DNA of 64,000 nucleotides from Flavobacteriales bacterium (GTDB lineage: Bacteria; Bacteroidota; Bacteroidia; Flavobacteriales; UBA7312). Location: the NCBI GenBank assembly GCA_016779995.1, contig JADHMO010000003.1, forward strand, positions 102,733-166,732. The letters are read 5' to 3'. Made by a program: the position numbers and the translations under genes. How positions within the stretch are numbered: position 1 is the first letter of the stretch; each line of letters opens with the position of its first letter. The notes beneath the pieces are model-generated. The model made no database searches and had not been told where the DNA came from. It was given only the letters and a program-made list of their open reading frames with translations. Shown in pieces: positions 28,466 to 38,591 of the stretch.

Positions 28466-28542
28466 TTCCTTTTTAAAAATCTTGTGGTCTATTTCTCTTT
28501 TTTTGGTTAGTTTTGCGTTAAACAATCCTTTAAAAAAACACC

Positions 28543-31248
28543 ATGAAAAGACTATTCTACTTTCTTTGTGTGAATTTTATTTTTTTCACATCAAGTGCCC
28601 AAACTACACAATTTGTTATTTCTACAACAACTACAACCAATGCCAACGAATACCAATGGAATATTCTAGATTCGGATAGTACGACTGTTTTATTTTCGAG
28701 TACAGTCTTTAGTGATAGTACTATGGTGAATGATACGGTTACTTTAAACGATTGTAGTGATTATTATTTTGTCACGTCTTCTAATGATACGGCAAATTCT
28801 ACATGGAGTAGTGGGTCTTCTGTTTATGTAATAGAATTAGCCTCTTCAGATACAATAATACAAACTGTTGGTACGACACCGCCTTTTATACAAACTGTCT
28901 TTGCTGCACAGTGTAATTTAATAATTAATGAAATTCATTATGATAACATAGGTACAGATACCTTGGAAGGTGTCGAAATTGTAGGAAAAGCAGGTTATGA
29001 TTTGTCTTGTTATACTTTATATCTATATAATGGTTCTACAGGCTTGGTATATGATTCACTCAATTTATCAGGAGTTATACCAAATGATAGTTGTGGTTAT
29101 GGTGCAATTTGGTTTGCTATTTCAGGTATCCAAAATGGAGATGTTTCTTCTGGTGATGGAATAGGGTTAGCAAATAGTTGTAAGAAATATAAAATCCAAT
29201 TTTTGAGTTACGAGGGTTCGTTTATTGCCAATAATGGACTGTTTGATTCAGAAGTAGCAATGGATATTGGAGTTAGTGAGTCGGCTATGACTCCTGTTAA
29301 TACATCTATTCAGCTTGTTGGTTTTGGAGAGGAGTATTCATCTTTTGTTTGGGTAGCCTCTTTGCCAAATACTAGAAATATGGTGAATACTGGACAAAGT
29401 TTTTGTTTGCCTGATTTAGAACTAGTAGATGTGGTGTTAGATTCGGTATGTGATGCATTAAATCCTGTAAACAATAGATTTATTTTAACTAATGTCGGTA
29501 CAGTTCCATTTAATAACTTTTTAGTGAGTTATTCTATTAATGGAGGCACAACTGTTAGTGAATTGGTAGCAGATACCTTAATGCCCGCAGACACTTTAAA
29601 TTATAGTTTTGTGACGTCTGAAGATTTTAGCAATGCTGTTGGTGATTATTCCATTACATCGTGGTGCTCCTTAAATAGAGATTCTAATTCTTCCAACGAT
29701 AGTTTAAGTAAAATCATCAATTTTATTGATATAGTAGCTTATGATACAACTGTTTGCTATGGTGATAGTTTATTATTGTCACCCACAGTTTCGAATGCGA
29801 CCAACTATATTTGGAGCACTGGAGATACAACTTTATCCATATCGCTTTTACCGTCTAGTACGTCTTCCTACACTCTTATTGCCTCCAATGCTTGCTTCTC
29901 AGATACAGCTATTATCAATGTAATTGTGTCAAACCCTACTTTAGATTTAGGTTCTGATTTAGTTCTTTGTGGAAATGATACTATTACCTTAGATGCTACT
30001 GCTAATTTTTCTTCATACGCTTGGTCTTCTGGTGATAGTCTTCAACTGACTAGTATAATTCAAGGGGGGGCTTATTCTGTTGTTGTAACGGATAGTTTAG
30101 GTTGTAGTACTTCAGATACCATTTCTATATTTCATTCGATACCACAGGCTGATTTAGGTGCAGACCTAAATATTTGCGGTCTTGATTCTATTGTTCTTGG
30201 CGTTTCAAGTTTCAGTTCTTATAGTTGGTCAAATGGAGATACTTCACAAAACTCAGCAGTCACACAAGTAGGGACATATACTGTGTCTGTAGTTGATAGT
30301 GTAGGTTGTCCCGACTCGGATACTATTGTAATTTTCGAATCAGCAACATCTGTTGATTTAGGACCTAATGTTGTTGCACTTTGTGGTTCTAACGATACGA
30401 TTACTTTAGATGCAACTTCCATTTATTCGTCATATTCTTGGTCAACAGGTGATACTTTACAAAGTTTAGCCGTTTATCAAGTAGGAAACTATAATGTTAC
30501 TGTTACTGATAGTTTAGGTTGTACTGCATCGGACTCAATAGAAGTGATAGTGTCAAACCCTACTCTAAATTTGGGTTCTGACACATCCTTGTGTAATTAT
30601 ACTTCATTATCTATTACTGCTCCAGCCAATTTTAGTTCTTATATATGGTCAAATTCAGATACTACACAAACTATTACAGCTACTCAAGATGGTGCATATT
30701 CATTAATAGTAACTGACAACTATGGCTGTCAAGCTTTTGATACGATTGTTATATCTTACAATGGTCCTAGTTTAGACTTAGGTCCTGATGTCATAGTTTG
30801 TGAAGGAGATTATCATACGTTTTTTGTACATGATAATTATAGCATTTACCAATGGTCTCAAGGCGGTTCTTTAAATTATATTACTGAAAAGACAGCGGGT
30901 GAATATTGGTTAAAAGTAACGGCTTCAGATGGTTGTACTAGTATCGATACGGTTAAGCTAAGTACTAAAGACTGTACATCTTTAGAAGAGGCAAAGGATA
31001 TTCAAAAGCTCAAAATTTTCCCTAATCCTAATAATGGAACATTTAATTTAAGTTTAAATAATTTTTCTGAAGAAAAGGGAAGTTTCGAAATAGTAAATAC
31101 ACTTGGAGAAAGGGTATATGTTCAAGATTTAGAATTTAATGAATCGATTTCTCAAAACTTTGAATTGAACTCACTTCCTAAAGGAATTTATTTCTTGAAT
31201 GTTAAGACTGAAAGCAAATATCTTGTTGAAAGACTAATAATTCAGTAA
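28543..31248 (+). CDS. large secreted surface protein: lamin-tail domain, six Cys-containing ~70-aa repeats, T9SS C-terminal sorting domain
   Basis: Signal peptide ending SAQ. LTD motif CNLIINEIHYDNIGTDTLEGVEIVG...LSCYTLYLYNG. Repeats are described in the separate repeat feature. C-terminus KIFPNPNNGTFNL...GIYFLNVKTESKYLVERLIIQ matches the Por secretion tail pattern. Confidence 0.8.
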   Translation: MKRLFYFLCVNFIFFTSSAQTTQFVISTTTTTNANEYQWNILDSDSTTVLFSSTVFSDSTMVNDTVTLNDCSDYYFVTSSNDTANSTWSSGSSVYVIELASSDTIIQTVGTTPPFIQTVFAAQCNLIINEIHYDNIGTDTLEGVEIVGKAGYDLSCYTLYLYNGSTGLVYDSLNLSGVIPNDSCGYGAIWFAISGIQNGDVSSGDGIGLANSCKKYKIQFLSYEGSFIANNGLFDSEVAMDIGVSESAMTPVNTSIQLVGFGEEYSSFVWVASLPNTRNMVNTGQSFCLPDLELVDVVLDSVCDALNPVNNRFILTNVGTVPFNNFLVSYSINGGTTVSELVADTLMPADTLNYSFVTSEDFSNAVGDYSITSWCSLNRDSNSSNDSLSKIINFIDIVAYDTTVCYGDSLLLSPTVSNATNYIWSTGDTTLSISLLPSSTSSYTLIASNACFSDTAIINVIVSNPTLDLGSDLVLCGNDTITLDATANFSSYAWSSGDSLQLTSIIQGGAYSVVVTDSLGCSTSDTISIFHSIPQADLGADLNICGLDSIVLGVSSFSSYSWSNGDTSQNSAVTQVGTYTVSVVDSVGCPDSDTIVIFESATSVDLGPNVVALCGSNDTITLDATSIYSSYSWSTGDTLQSLAVYQVGNYNVTVTDSLGCTASDSIEVIVSNPTLNLGSDTSLCNYTSLSITAPANFSSYIWSNSDTTQTITATQDGAYSLIVTDNYGCQAFDTIVISYNGPSLDLGPDVIVCEGDYHTFFVHDNYSIYQWSQGGSLNYITEKTAGEYWLKVTASDGCTSIDTVKLSTKDCTSLEEAKDIQKLKIFPNPNNGTFNLSLNNFSEEKGSFEIVNTLGERVYVQDLEFNESISQNFELNSLPKGIYFLNVKTESKYLVERLIIQ
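29725..30975 (+). repeat. six tandem in-frame ~205-210-nt coding repeats inside the adhesin gene
   Basis: Protein modules follow the pattern LDLG.D..(L)C..D.ITLDA...FSSY.WS.GDT.Q...(V/I)...G.Y.V.VTD..GC...D.I.I. The nucleotide string GTGTCAAACCCTACT recurs at 29926 and 30550, 624 nt or three modules apart. Confidence 0.75.
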
Positions 31249-31256
31249 TTATAGAT

Positions 31257-32186
31257 TCATCTGTCTATAATTTTTTGAAATAGTACTTGAGCAATTTTGA
31301 GTTGGCTTTCTTGTGTCCAACCAGCAATATGGGGGGAGAGGATGACCTTATTGGACTCTAGCAGTTGTTTCAATTCTGTTGGTTGTTCGGATAAGTTTTC
31401 GAAAGATGTTTTTTCGTATTCCAAGACGTCTAGACAAGCCCCCAAGACTTTGCCAGAGTTGAGATTTGCCAAAAGGGATTTGGTGTCTAAACAAGACCCT
31501 CTAGATGTGTTGATTAGATATATAGGCTTATGGAATTGCTTCAAAAATGAATCCTTGACCAAGTGCTGAGTTTCTTCTGTAAGTGGAATGTGTAAACTCA
31601 AAATGTCAGCTTGTTCAAAAATGGTTTTCATATCACTTTCAATAGCATATTTTGGGGAGTAGTTTGTTTTGTATTTGTCATAAGCTAGTACTTTAGTTTC
31701 AAATCCACTTAATACTTTAGCCAATGCTGAACCATTATTTCCATAGCCAATAATACCAACCGTTTTACCACTCAATTCAATCCCTCTGTTTTCTTCTCTT
31801 TGCCAAATGCCCTTTCTTACTTCGCTGTCAGCTTTATTAAGATTATTGAATAGACTTAAAATCATGCCTAAGGCGTGTTCAGCTACCGCTTGTTTATTTC
31901 CCTCAGCAGCATTGATGGCATGTATGTTTTTAGAATGGACATAGTCAAGGTCTATGTTTTCCATGCCTGAACCTGCACGAGCGATAAAAGTAAGGTTGTT
32001 AAAGTGCGATAAGAAATGGGCATTAATTTTTATGCGAGAACGAATAACTAGACCGTATGCATCATTGTGTTGTTCAACAATAGCCTTTTCAGAAAGGTCG
32101 TATCCTTCAACACAAGTATAGCCTTCTTTTTGTAATTCTTCCCAAAGGTATGGGTGAACGGTATCTACAAAAAGCACTTTTTTCAT
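31257..32186 (-). CDS. D-isomer-specific 2-hydroxyacid dehydrogenase (phosphoglycerate dehydrogenase-like)
   Basis: NAD-binding GKTVGIIGYGNNGSALAKVL, and the catalytic region ...INTSRG...LDV...SPHIAGWT. Confidence 0.8.
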   Translation of the reverse strand: MKKVLFVDTVHPYLWEELQKEGYTCVEGYDLSEKAIVEQHNDAYGLVIRSRIKINAHFLSHFNNLTFIARAGSGMENIDLDYVHSKNIHAINAAEGNKQAVAEHALGMILSLFNNLNKADSEVRKGIWQREENRGIELSGKTVGIIGYGNNGSALAKVLSGFETKVLAYDKYKTNYSPKYAIESDMKTIFEQADILSLHIPLTEETQHLVKDSFLKQFHKPIYLINTSRGSCLDTKSLLANLNSGKVLGACLDVLEYEKTSFENLSEQPTELKQLLESNKVILSPHIAGWTQESQLKIAQVLFQKIIDR

Positions 32187-33535
32187 AAAGATAGTATCAG
32201 CTGACCTATGAGGAAATAAATAAATAGACCAAGTACATCGTTAACAGTTGTGATGAACGGTCCTGTAGCTAAAGCGGGGTCAATTTTATATTTATCTAGG
32301 GTTAGTGGGATAAATGTTCCAAATAAAGCAGCGAAAATGATAACTGACAATAACGCTATGCTAACTGTTATGCTTAACAAAAGACTATAGCCTAATAAAT
32401 AGGCTGCTAATAAAATAATGCTTGAACAGATTATACCATTAACTAAAGCAACACCGAGCTCTTTAATTAGTCTTTGTGAGATATTCCCTAAGGTATTGGT
32501 TCCACCAGCTAGACTTTGTACTACAATAGCAGCAGACTGAACACCAACATTACCGCCCATAGCTGCAATAAGAGGGATGAAAAATGCCATTTGATAGTTT
32601 TTCTCAATATCAAAAATGCCTATCACTTTTGCCCCAAAAAGTCCGCCTATCATACCAATTAGTAACCAAGGAAGTCTAGCTCTAGTAATTTCCCAAATTG
32701 TATCGCTAGACTCTACGTCTTCAGAAATACCCGAAGCCAATTGATAATCTTTTTCAGCTTCCTCTTTCATAATATCCATGACATCATCGGCAGTAATTCG
32801 ACCAATCAATTGGTTCAAGTCATTAACTACAGGTAGCACAATTAAGTCGTACTTATTCATTGTATTAGCTACATCTTCTTGGTTCATCGATGCGCTAACT
32901 TTGATGATGTCTTCTTTCATTATTTTAGAAATAATGGTCTTAGAGTCTGTAAGCAATAATCGTTTGAGTGATAGGGTACCTAACAGAACATTATTATCAT
33001 CAACAACGTAAATCGTATAGACTAACTCTACATCTTCTGCTTGTCGACGCATTTCTTTGACACAACGCATGACTGACCAGTTGCTATTTACCTTGATAAG
33101 CTCTTTTGCCATTAGACCACCAGCAGTATCTTCATCATAATTTAGTAAGTCAACAATATCACTAGCAAGTTCTTGGTCTTCAATGAGTGAGAGTACTTCT
33201 TGCTTTTTGTTCTCTGGTAATTCAGAAATGATATCGGCAGCATCATCTGAATCCATATTATCAACAAATTCTTCGGCGATTTCTTTTGGAGAATATATTT
33301 TTAAGAGTTTTTCTCTGAGGTATTCTTCCAATTCTACCAATACATCGGCAGCTATATTATCTTCAAGTAGTTCGAATAGAAAACAAGTGTTATCAAATTC
33401 CAATTCATCAAGAATTTCGGCAATATCGGCAGGGTGACAGTTTTTAATCATAGAAATAATAGACTTTTGGTCTTTATTTTCTATGCGCTCATTTAGTTCG
33501 TCAATAAATTTTTTGGTTAATTCAAACTTCATCAC
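32183..33535 (-). CDS. mgtE: magnesium transporter MgtE
   Basis: MgtE N-domain, CBS pair, and C-terminal 5-TM domain with AAMGGNVGVQSAAIVV and PALATGPFITTVNDV. Confidence 0.93.
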   Translation of the reverse strand: MMKFELTKKFIDELNERIENKDQKSIISMIKNCHPADIAEILDELEFDNTCFLFELLEDNIAADVLVELEEYLREKLLKIYSPKEIAEEFVDNMDSDDAADIISELPENKKQEVLSLIEDQELASDIVDLLNYDEDTAGGLMAKELIKVNSNWSVMRCVKEMRRQAEDVELVYTIYVVDDNNVLLGTLSLKRLLLTDSKTIISKIMKEDIIKVSASMNQEDVANTMNKYDLIVLPVVNDLNQLIGRITADDVMDIMKEEAEKDYQLASGISEDVESSDTIWEITRARLPWLLIGMIGGLFGAKVIGIFDIEKNYQMAFFIPLIAAMGGNVGVQSAAIVVQSLAGGTNTLGNISQRLIKELGVALVNGIICSSIILLAAYLLGYSLLLSITVSIALLSVIIFAALFGTFIPLTLDKYKIDPALATGPFITTVNDVLGLFIYFLIGQLILSL

Positions 33536-34296
33536 TCAAAACAGATTGTTAAATTCATAAAATCTTCAACACTTAATTGCTCAGCTCTCAATGAAAGGTA
33601 CTGACTAGCAGTATTTTCGTCCACCAAGTTAAGACTTTTTAGAGCATTTTTCAAAGTCTTTCTCCTTTGACCGAAAGCTGTTTTTACCACTTTGATGAAT
33701 TTTTTCTCATCACAGTCTAACTTATCTCTGTCATTTCTTCTCAATCTTATGACTGCCGATTTTACTTTAGGTGGTGGGTCAAAGACAGTTTCATCTACCG
33801 TAAAAAGGTATTCTACATCATAATAGCATTGTAGTAGAACACTTATTATGCCGTATTTTTTACTGCCTGGTAGCGATACAACACGTTCGGCAACTTCTTT
33901 TTGAAACATACCTACAATTTCAGGTATTATATCCTTGTGGTCTATTGCTTTGAAAAGAATTTGAGAAGATATGTTGTAAGGGAAATTGCCAATAATTGCT
34001 ATGGGTTCCTTGAAAATTTCTTGTAACGGTAGTTTGAGGAAATCGCCTTCTATAAGATGATGATCTAATTCAGGAAAGTGTTTTTTAAGATAAGAAACGG
34101 ATTCTTTATCTATTTCTATCACAAATGTTTCTGTATCTAAAGGAATGAGAAATTGTGTTAGCACTCCCATGCCTGGTCCTACTTCTAATACTTTAGAATA
34201 GTTGTTTAAACTTAGGCTATGAGCAATATCACGAGCAATTCCTAAATCTTTTAGAAAGTGTTGACCGAGGTGTTTTTTTGCTCTTACCTTTGACAT
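33532..34296 (-). CDS. rsmA: 16S rRNA (adenine1518/1519-N6)-dimethyltransferase
   Basis: KKHLGQHFL N-terminal signature, SAM motif VLEVGPGMGVLT, NFPYNISS. Confidence 0.92.
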   Translation of the reverse strand: MSKVRAKKHLGQHFLKDLGIARDIAHSLSLNNYSKVLEVGPGMGVLTQFLIPLDTETFVIEIDKESVSYLKKHFPELDHHLIEGDFLKLPLQEIFKEPIAIIGNFPYNISSQILFKAIDHKDIIPEIVGMFQKEVAERVVSLPGSKKYGIISVLLQCYYDVEYLFTVDETVFDPPPKVKSAVIRLRRNDRDKLDCDEKKFIKVVKTAFGQRRKTLKNALKSLNLVDENTASQYLSLRAEQLSVEDFMNLTICFE

Positions 34297-34299
34297 GAA

Positions 34300-34605
34300 T
34301 TAATGTTGATGAACGATTTCTAAAAGTGTTCTGAATGCACCAAATTTACCTCTGTATCGCTTGTTGTGTTCTTCTTGTAATTGTGGAGCGCATTTTTCTT
34401 GATATTCATTAAGTGTAGCTATATCCTTACAGCTGTACTGAATGGCATAAGTAATTTCATCTTCCACCAACAAACGACATAATTTATTATCTAAAAAGTA
34501 GCCCGTGCCCATCACTTCAGGAATATGAACTTCTTTCATCCATTTTAACCAATCTTGATGAATACTTTGGTCTACTAAACTTACAGTTACATTATAAATA
34601 ATCAT
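34300..34605 (-). CDS. DUF4286 family protein
   Basis: MIIYNVTVSLVDQSIHQDWLKWMKEVHIPEVMGTGYF matches my memory of the DUF4286 N-terminal pattern. About 100 aa. Confidence 0.55.
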   Translation of the reverse strand: MIIYNVTVSLVDQSIHQDWLKWMKEVHIPEVMGTGYFLDNKLCRLLVEDEITYAIQYSCKDIATLNEYQEKCAPQLQEEHNKRYRGKFGAFRTLLEIVHQH

Positions 34606-36416
34606 AATTCTTCGTTTTGGTCACCTCTTAACTTTCTAAATCTTTTTCGAGCCTCTACAGTGTATATGCTATCGGAATAGTCTAAAACTATCTTTTCATA
34701 AAGTTCTTGTGCTTTTTTACTATCGTTGAGTTTTTCTTCGAGTATCTCTGCCCATTGGAACAAGGCATCGTCAGCAAGTATATCAAATGAAAACTCAGTA
34801 GCTACTTTTTCATAGAGTTTTACAGCTTGGGTATAATTTTTCTTGTTGAATTCTATTTCAGCTTGTTTGTAAAGAATTTCATCAGATAGGGTATGCCCTG
34901 GAAAAGTAGTGAGCATACTGTCTAATAGCTGATAGCTTTCATCGTTTTTGTTCTGATAGATAAGCCATTCTGCTTGGGCATACATTTGCATAGCTAGTGC
35001 TGAGGTATCTAAGCCCATATTATCAGTAATTAGAAGGGACAACTGCATAGCGTTATTGGCAATTAGTTTGGTGGTAGAGCCTTTCAGGACATTGAGTTGT
35101 GCTTGTGCCCAATCGAATTGACCTTGGAAATAGGCAACCCTTGCTCGTCTGAATTTAGCTTCGTGGCCGATAGGGTTTTCTTTAAAAGCTTTTTCTACTT
35201 GTGAATATTGAATGATAGCGTCCCATTCTTTAGTATTGATGAGGTAAATGTCTCCTAGTATAAGCTTACATTCTGCTTGAAGTTCACTTTCTGGCAATAA
35301 GTCAATACATTCTTCGAGGATTTGTTCAGCGGTTTCGGTTTCGTAAAGATGATAGGCTTTTAATTTAGCGTAGTCTTTCATCAAATAGACCAAATCTTTA
35401 CTCTTTCCAAGTTCATCTATGGTAGATTGATAGTCATTATCTAGAGATAGCAATTCGTTTTGGCTGTATTCTCTATTGAGGAGTTCTTCACCGCTAACAA
35501 TGACTTGTGAAATTTTAGCATCGATATAAAAGGGGTTGTCAACACCTAAGTCAATGAGGTATTGATAGCATTTTACAGATTGATTGTAGGCTTTGTTTTC
35601 GTAGGCTATATAGGCAAGGTCAAACATACGCTCTCCATTTTCTCTTAAGCGTTTGTCTAGTGCTTTGGTATAAATGTAAGCGGCATTATACTCGTTCGAT
35701 TGTATGTAAAGCCATATTAATAATTCAGTTAGAGCATTATTGTTATTCTTTTGGACACGAGACAATAATTTCTTAGATAATAAGTCGTAGTTGTCTTGGC
35801 TGCTTTTAGTTCTACCTAGAGTGTTTTGAAGTCGAATTTTAACAGACTTAAGATGGCTTTCTTCCTTTTCTATTAAGTCCAAATAGGTGTCAATCATCTG
35901 TTCAGTTTTTCCGGCACTAGACAATGCCGCTGCGAGTTGAAAGCCAAATTCATAATTAGGATTCAATTCTTGTCCTCGCTCATAGGTTTTGAGTACGTAG
36001 TTGTATTCTTTATTTCTTAAAAAGCTATTGGCTAAAGAGGTGACTTGATTTATTCTACCGCTTTCCATAGCATCGATACTTTTTTGAAATTCTATTTCTG
36101 CTCGAATTTTATCTCCTTTAGCTTTATAAATGAACCCTAAGTCGGCTATATATTTAGCTTGATTGGGGTATTTCTTTTTTACTTTTTTAACTAATGCAAT
36201 AGCGGTGATATATTTTTCTTCAGCAGTTAGACATTTTAGATAATTGCTGTAATAGCTTAGTATATTAACTTTCGATTCTAAGGTTTCGTAAATCTCATTG
36301 GCTTTATCACATTGTTTGCTATTAGCATATTTATCGGCAATCTTTAGGTTAGAGTTGGATTGCGCAGATAGATTTAGAGCATAAATGCATAAGGTTATGA
36401 GTAAAGTAAACCTCAT
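34602..36416 (-). CDS. secreted tetratricopeptide-repeat protein
   Basis: Signal peptide, all-helical sequence, many TPR-like units (e.g. YTQAVKLYEKVATEFSFDILADDALFQWAEILEEKLNDSKKAQELYEKIVLDYSDSIY). Confidence 0.6.
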   Translation of the reverse strand: MRFTLLITLCIYALNLSAQSNSNLKIADKYANSKQCDKANEIYETLESKVNILSYYSNYLKCLTAEEKYITAIALVKKVKKKYPNQAKYIADLGFIYKAKGDKIRAEIEFQKSIDAMESGRINQVTSLANSFLRNKEYNYVLKTYERGQELNPNYEFGFQLAAALSSAGKTEQMIDTYLDLIEKEESHLKSVKIRLQNTLGRTKSSQDNYDLLSKKLLSRVQKNNNNALTELLIWLYIQSNEYNAAYIYTKALDKRLRENGERMFDLAYIAYENKAYNQSVKCYQYLIDLGVDNPFYIDAKISQVIVSGEELLNREYSQNELLSLDNDYQSTIDELGKSKDLVYLMKDYAKLKAYHLYETETAEQILEECIDLLPESELQAECKLILGDIYLINTKEWDAIIQYSQVEKAFKENPIGHEAKFRRARVAYFQGQFDWAQAQLNVLKGSTTKLIANNAMQLSLLITDNMGLDTSALAMQMYAQAEWLIYQNKNDESYQLLDSMLTTFPGHTLSDEILYKQAEIEFNKKNYTQAVKLYEKVATEFSFDILADDALFQWAEILEEKLNDSKKAQELYEKIVLDYSDSIYTVEARKRFRKLRGDQNEEL

Positions 36417-36941
36417 TTATTGATAATTGAAGGTTTGACTAAGTTGCTCAAGACTATCGAAACGTATTTCATAATTTTTATAGGCTGATTGAAACTCATT
36501 CAATTGAATTGATATTCCTTCAAGGGCTTGTTCTTCTCTTACTATAATAGCATTTAATTCTTCCTTAGTGAAAATAGCGTTGTCAATATCGCTCAGTAAG
36601 TTTTGTAGTTGTTCTTGATTTCTAATGATGTTAGTTACAAAACCGTTCTTTTGATTGGGCGCATTCTTGAATTGGCGTTTCATCAGTTTCAAATCATTAA
36701 GGTAGGTCATTGTCTCTAGGCTTGGTTTCTTGTCAGTGCTAAGTTTAGTTTTGGAGTAGGCTAAAGCTTCTTTGTAACGTTTCAAATTAGAGCCTGCTGA
36801 GCTAATATCTATATTTTCAACGCTTTGTAAAAGACTATCATATTGTATGATTACAGCATTGACTTGTTCTTGCTCTTGTTCAAAAGTTGATGAAGAACAA
36901 GCAGTTAAAATTCCTATGAGTATAAGTGCGATATATTTCAT
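36417..36941 (-). CDS. hypothetical lipoprotein (helical)
   Basis: Lipobox ILTACSSS. No recognisable domain. Tightly packed between serS and the TPR gene. Confidence 0.5.
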   Translation of the reverse strand: MKYIALILIGILTACSSSTFEQEQEQVNAVIIQYDSLLQSVENIDISSAGSNLKRYKEALAYSKTKLSTDKKPSLETMTYLNDLKLMKRQFKNAPNQKNGFVTNIIRNQEQLQNLLSDIDNAIFTKEELNAIIVREEQALEGISIQLNEFQSAYKNYEIRFDSLEQLSQTFNYQ

Positions 36942-38212
36942 TAGTCGATGTATTCAAATCCAGTGTATGGCACCAATACTTTTGGTATTCTAATGCCTTT
37001 TTCATCCTGATGGTTTTCCAAAATTGAGGCTACTATTCTTGGTAACGCTAAGGCACTACCATTGAGTGTATGGCATAAAACGTTTTTCTTGTTTTCGTCT
37101 TTGTATCTCAATTTTAATCTGTTGGCTTGATAGCTTTCAAAATTTGAAATAGAACTAACTTCTAACCAACGTTTTTGAGCGGCTGAATAGACTTCCATAT
37201 CATAAGTAAGGGCTGAAGTGAAGCTCATATCTCCACCGCAAAGTTTTAATATTCTAAAAGGTAATTCTAAATCCCTTAGCAGTTCAGTGACGTGTTCTAC
37301 CATTTCATCTAAGGTTTGGTAAGAATCCGATGGTTTTTGTACTTGTACAATTTCAACTTTGTCAAATTGATGCAGTCGGTTCAAGCCCCTTACATCTTTA
37401 CCGTAAGAGCCAGCTTCTCTTCTAAAACAAGGGGTATAAGCGGTATATTTAATTGGAAATTCTTCGCTTTTTACAATTACATCTCTAAAAATGTTAGTTA
37501 CTGGCACTTCGGCAGTAGGTATGAGGTAGAGGTTGTCGCCAGTAACGTGATACATTTGACCTTCTTTGTCTGGCAATTGTCCTGTGCCAAAACCACTAGC
37601 TTCGTTTACGAGGTGTGGAGGTTGAACTTCCAAATAACCTACTTCTGTATTTCTATCTAAAAAGAAATTAATCAATGCGCGTTGCAATCTAGCACCTTTT
37701 CCTTTGTATACGGGAAATCCAGCACCTGTGATTTTTGTGCCGAGTTCAAAATCTATAAGGTCGTACTTAGCCGCCAATTCCCAATGTGGTAAGGCTTCTG
37801 AATGTAGTTTTGGGATATCGCCTTCTTCTCTGACTATTTCGTTGTCTTCAGGAGTTTTGCCATTGGGCACACTGTCGTGAGGTACATTAGGAATATGGAT
37901 TAATAATTCTTGTAACTCTTCACTGACTTGATTGAGCTTTTCTGAAAGCGTCTTGCTTTGTTGTTTTAGTGTTACAGTTGTTGCTTTAGCTTCTTCGGCT
38001 TTTTCTTTTTCCCCATTTTTGAAGTAAGCACCAATTTCTTTGGCTAATTGATTGGATTGAGCTAAGATATCGTCTAATTTGTTTTGAGTTTCTTTTCTCA
38101 AATCATCTTTTGCAACAATATCTTCAAAGACAGTTGTTGCATCAAAGCCCTTTTTAGCCAATTTTGTGATGGCTTCTTCTCTATTTTCTCTTATATAATT
38201 AATCTGTAACAT
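36941..38212 (-). CDS. serS: serine--tRNA ligase
   Basis: N-terminal coiled-coil arm. Class II motifs YLIPTAEVP, TPCFRREAGS, LNGSALALPR. Confidence 0.95.
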   Translation of the reverse strand: MLQINYIRENREEAITKLAKKGFDATTVFEDIVAKDDLRKETQNKLDDILAQSNQLAKEIGAYFKNGEKEKAEEAKATTVTLKQQSKTLSEKLNQVSEELQELLIHIPNVPHDSVPNGKTPEDNEIVREEGDIPKLHSEALPHWELAAKYDLIDFELGTKITGAGFPVYKGKGARLQRALINFFLDRNTEVGYLEVQPPHLVNEASGFGTGQLPDKEGQMYHVTGDNLYLIPTAEVPVTNIFRDVIVKSEEFPIKYTAYTPCFRREAGSYGKDVRGLNRLHQFDKVEIVQVQKPSDSYQTLDEMVEHVTELLRDLELPFRILKLCGGDMSFTSALTYDMEVYSAAQKRWLEVSSISNFESYQANRLKLRYKDENKKNVLCHTLNGSALALPRIVASILENHQDEKGIRIPKVLVPYTGFEYID

Positions 38213-38250
38213 AACTTAGTTCTTGTTAGACAAAAATAACATTCTAATTC

Positions 38251-38287
38251 AAAAAAAAACTCCCTAACTTGAAAAGCAGGGAGTTTA
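38251..38287 (-). terminator. rho-independent terminator after rpmA
   Basis: Minus strand reads AAACTCCCT-GCTTTTCAAGTT-AGGGAGTTT followed by T9. Confidence 0.65.
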
Positions 38288-38310
38288 ATATTTTATTAAT
38301 ACGCTAGCTT

Positions 38311-38568
38311 TTAGTTGATAGGGTCAACGGAAACGTATGATCGATTATTGGCTTTTTTTCTAAATTGAACAATACCATCAGTAAGAGCAAATAAAGTATG
38401 GTCTTTTCCCATTCCTACATTTTCACCTGGGTGATGTTTTGTTCCTCTTTGACGTAAGATGATGTTACCTGCTATTGCGCCTTGACCACCATAGATTTTT
38501 ACACCTAATCGTTTACTTTCCGATTCTCTACCGTTCTTACTACTTCCTGCACCTTTCTTATGAGCCAT
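38311..38568 (-). CDS. rpmA: 50S ribosomal protein L27
   Basis: [24 protein letters not shown]... is the canonical L27 N-terminus. Confidence 0.95.
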   Translation of the reverse strand: MAHKKGAGSSKNGRESESKRLGVKIYGGQGAIAGNIILRQRGTKHHPGENVGMGKDHTLFALTDGIVQFRKKANNRSYVSVDPIN

Positions 38569-38591
38569 AGTATTTAGTTTTAATTGTTAGA

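Noticed and set aside
28449-28679. 76-aa plus-strand ORF overlapping the end of lysC and the start of the adhesin gene.
   Set aside because: It is out of frame with both well-supported neighbours, hydrophobic and low-complexity, and has no motif. The adhesin ATG at 28543 is followed by a clear signal peptide.
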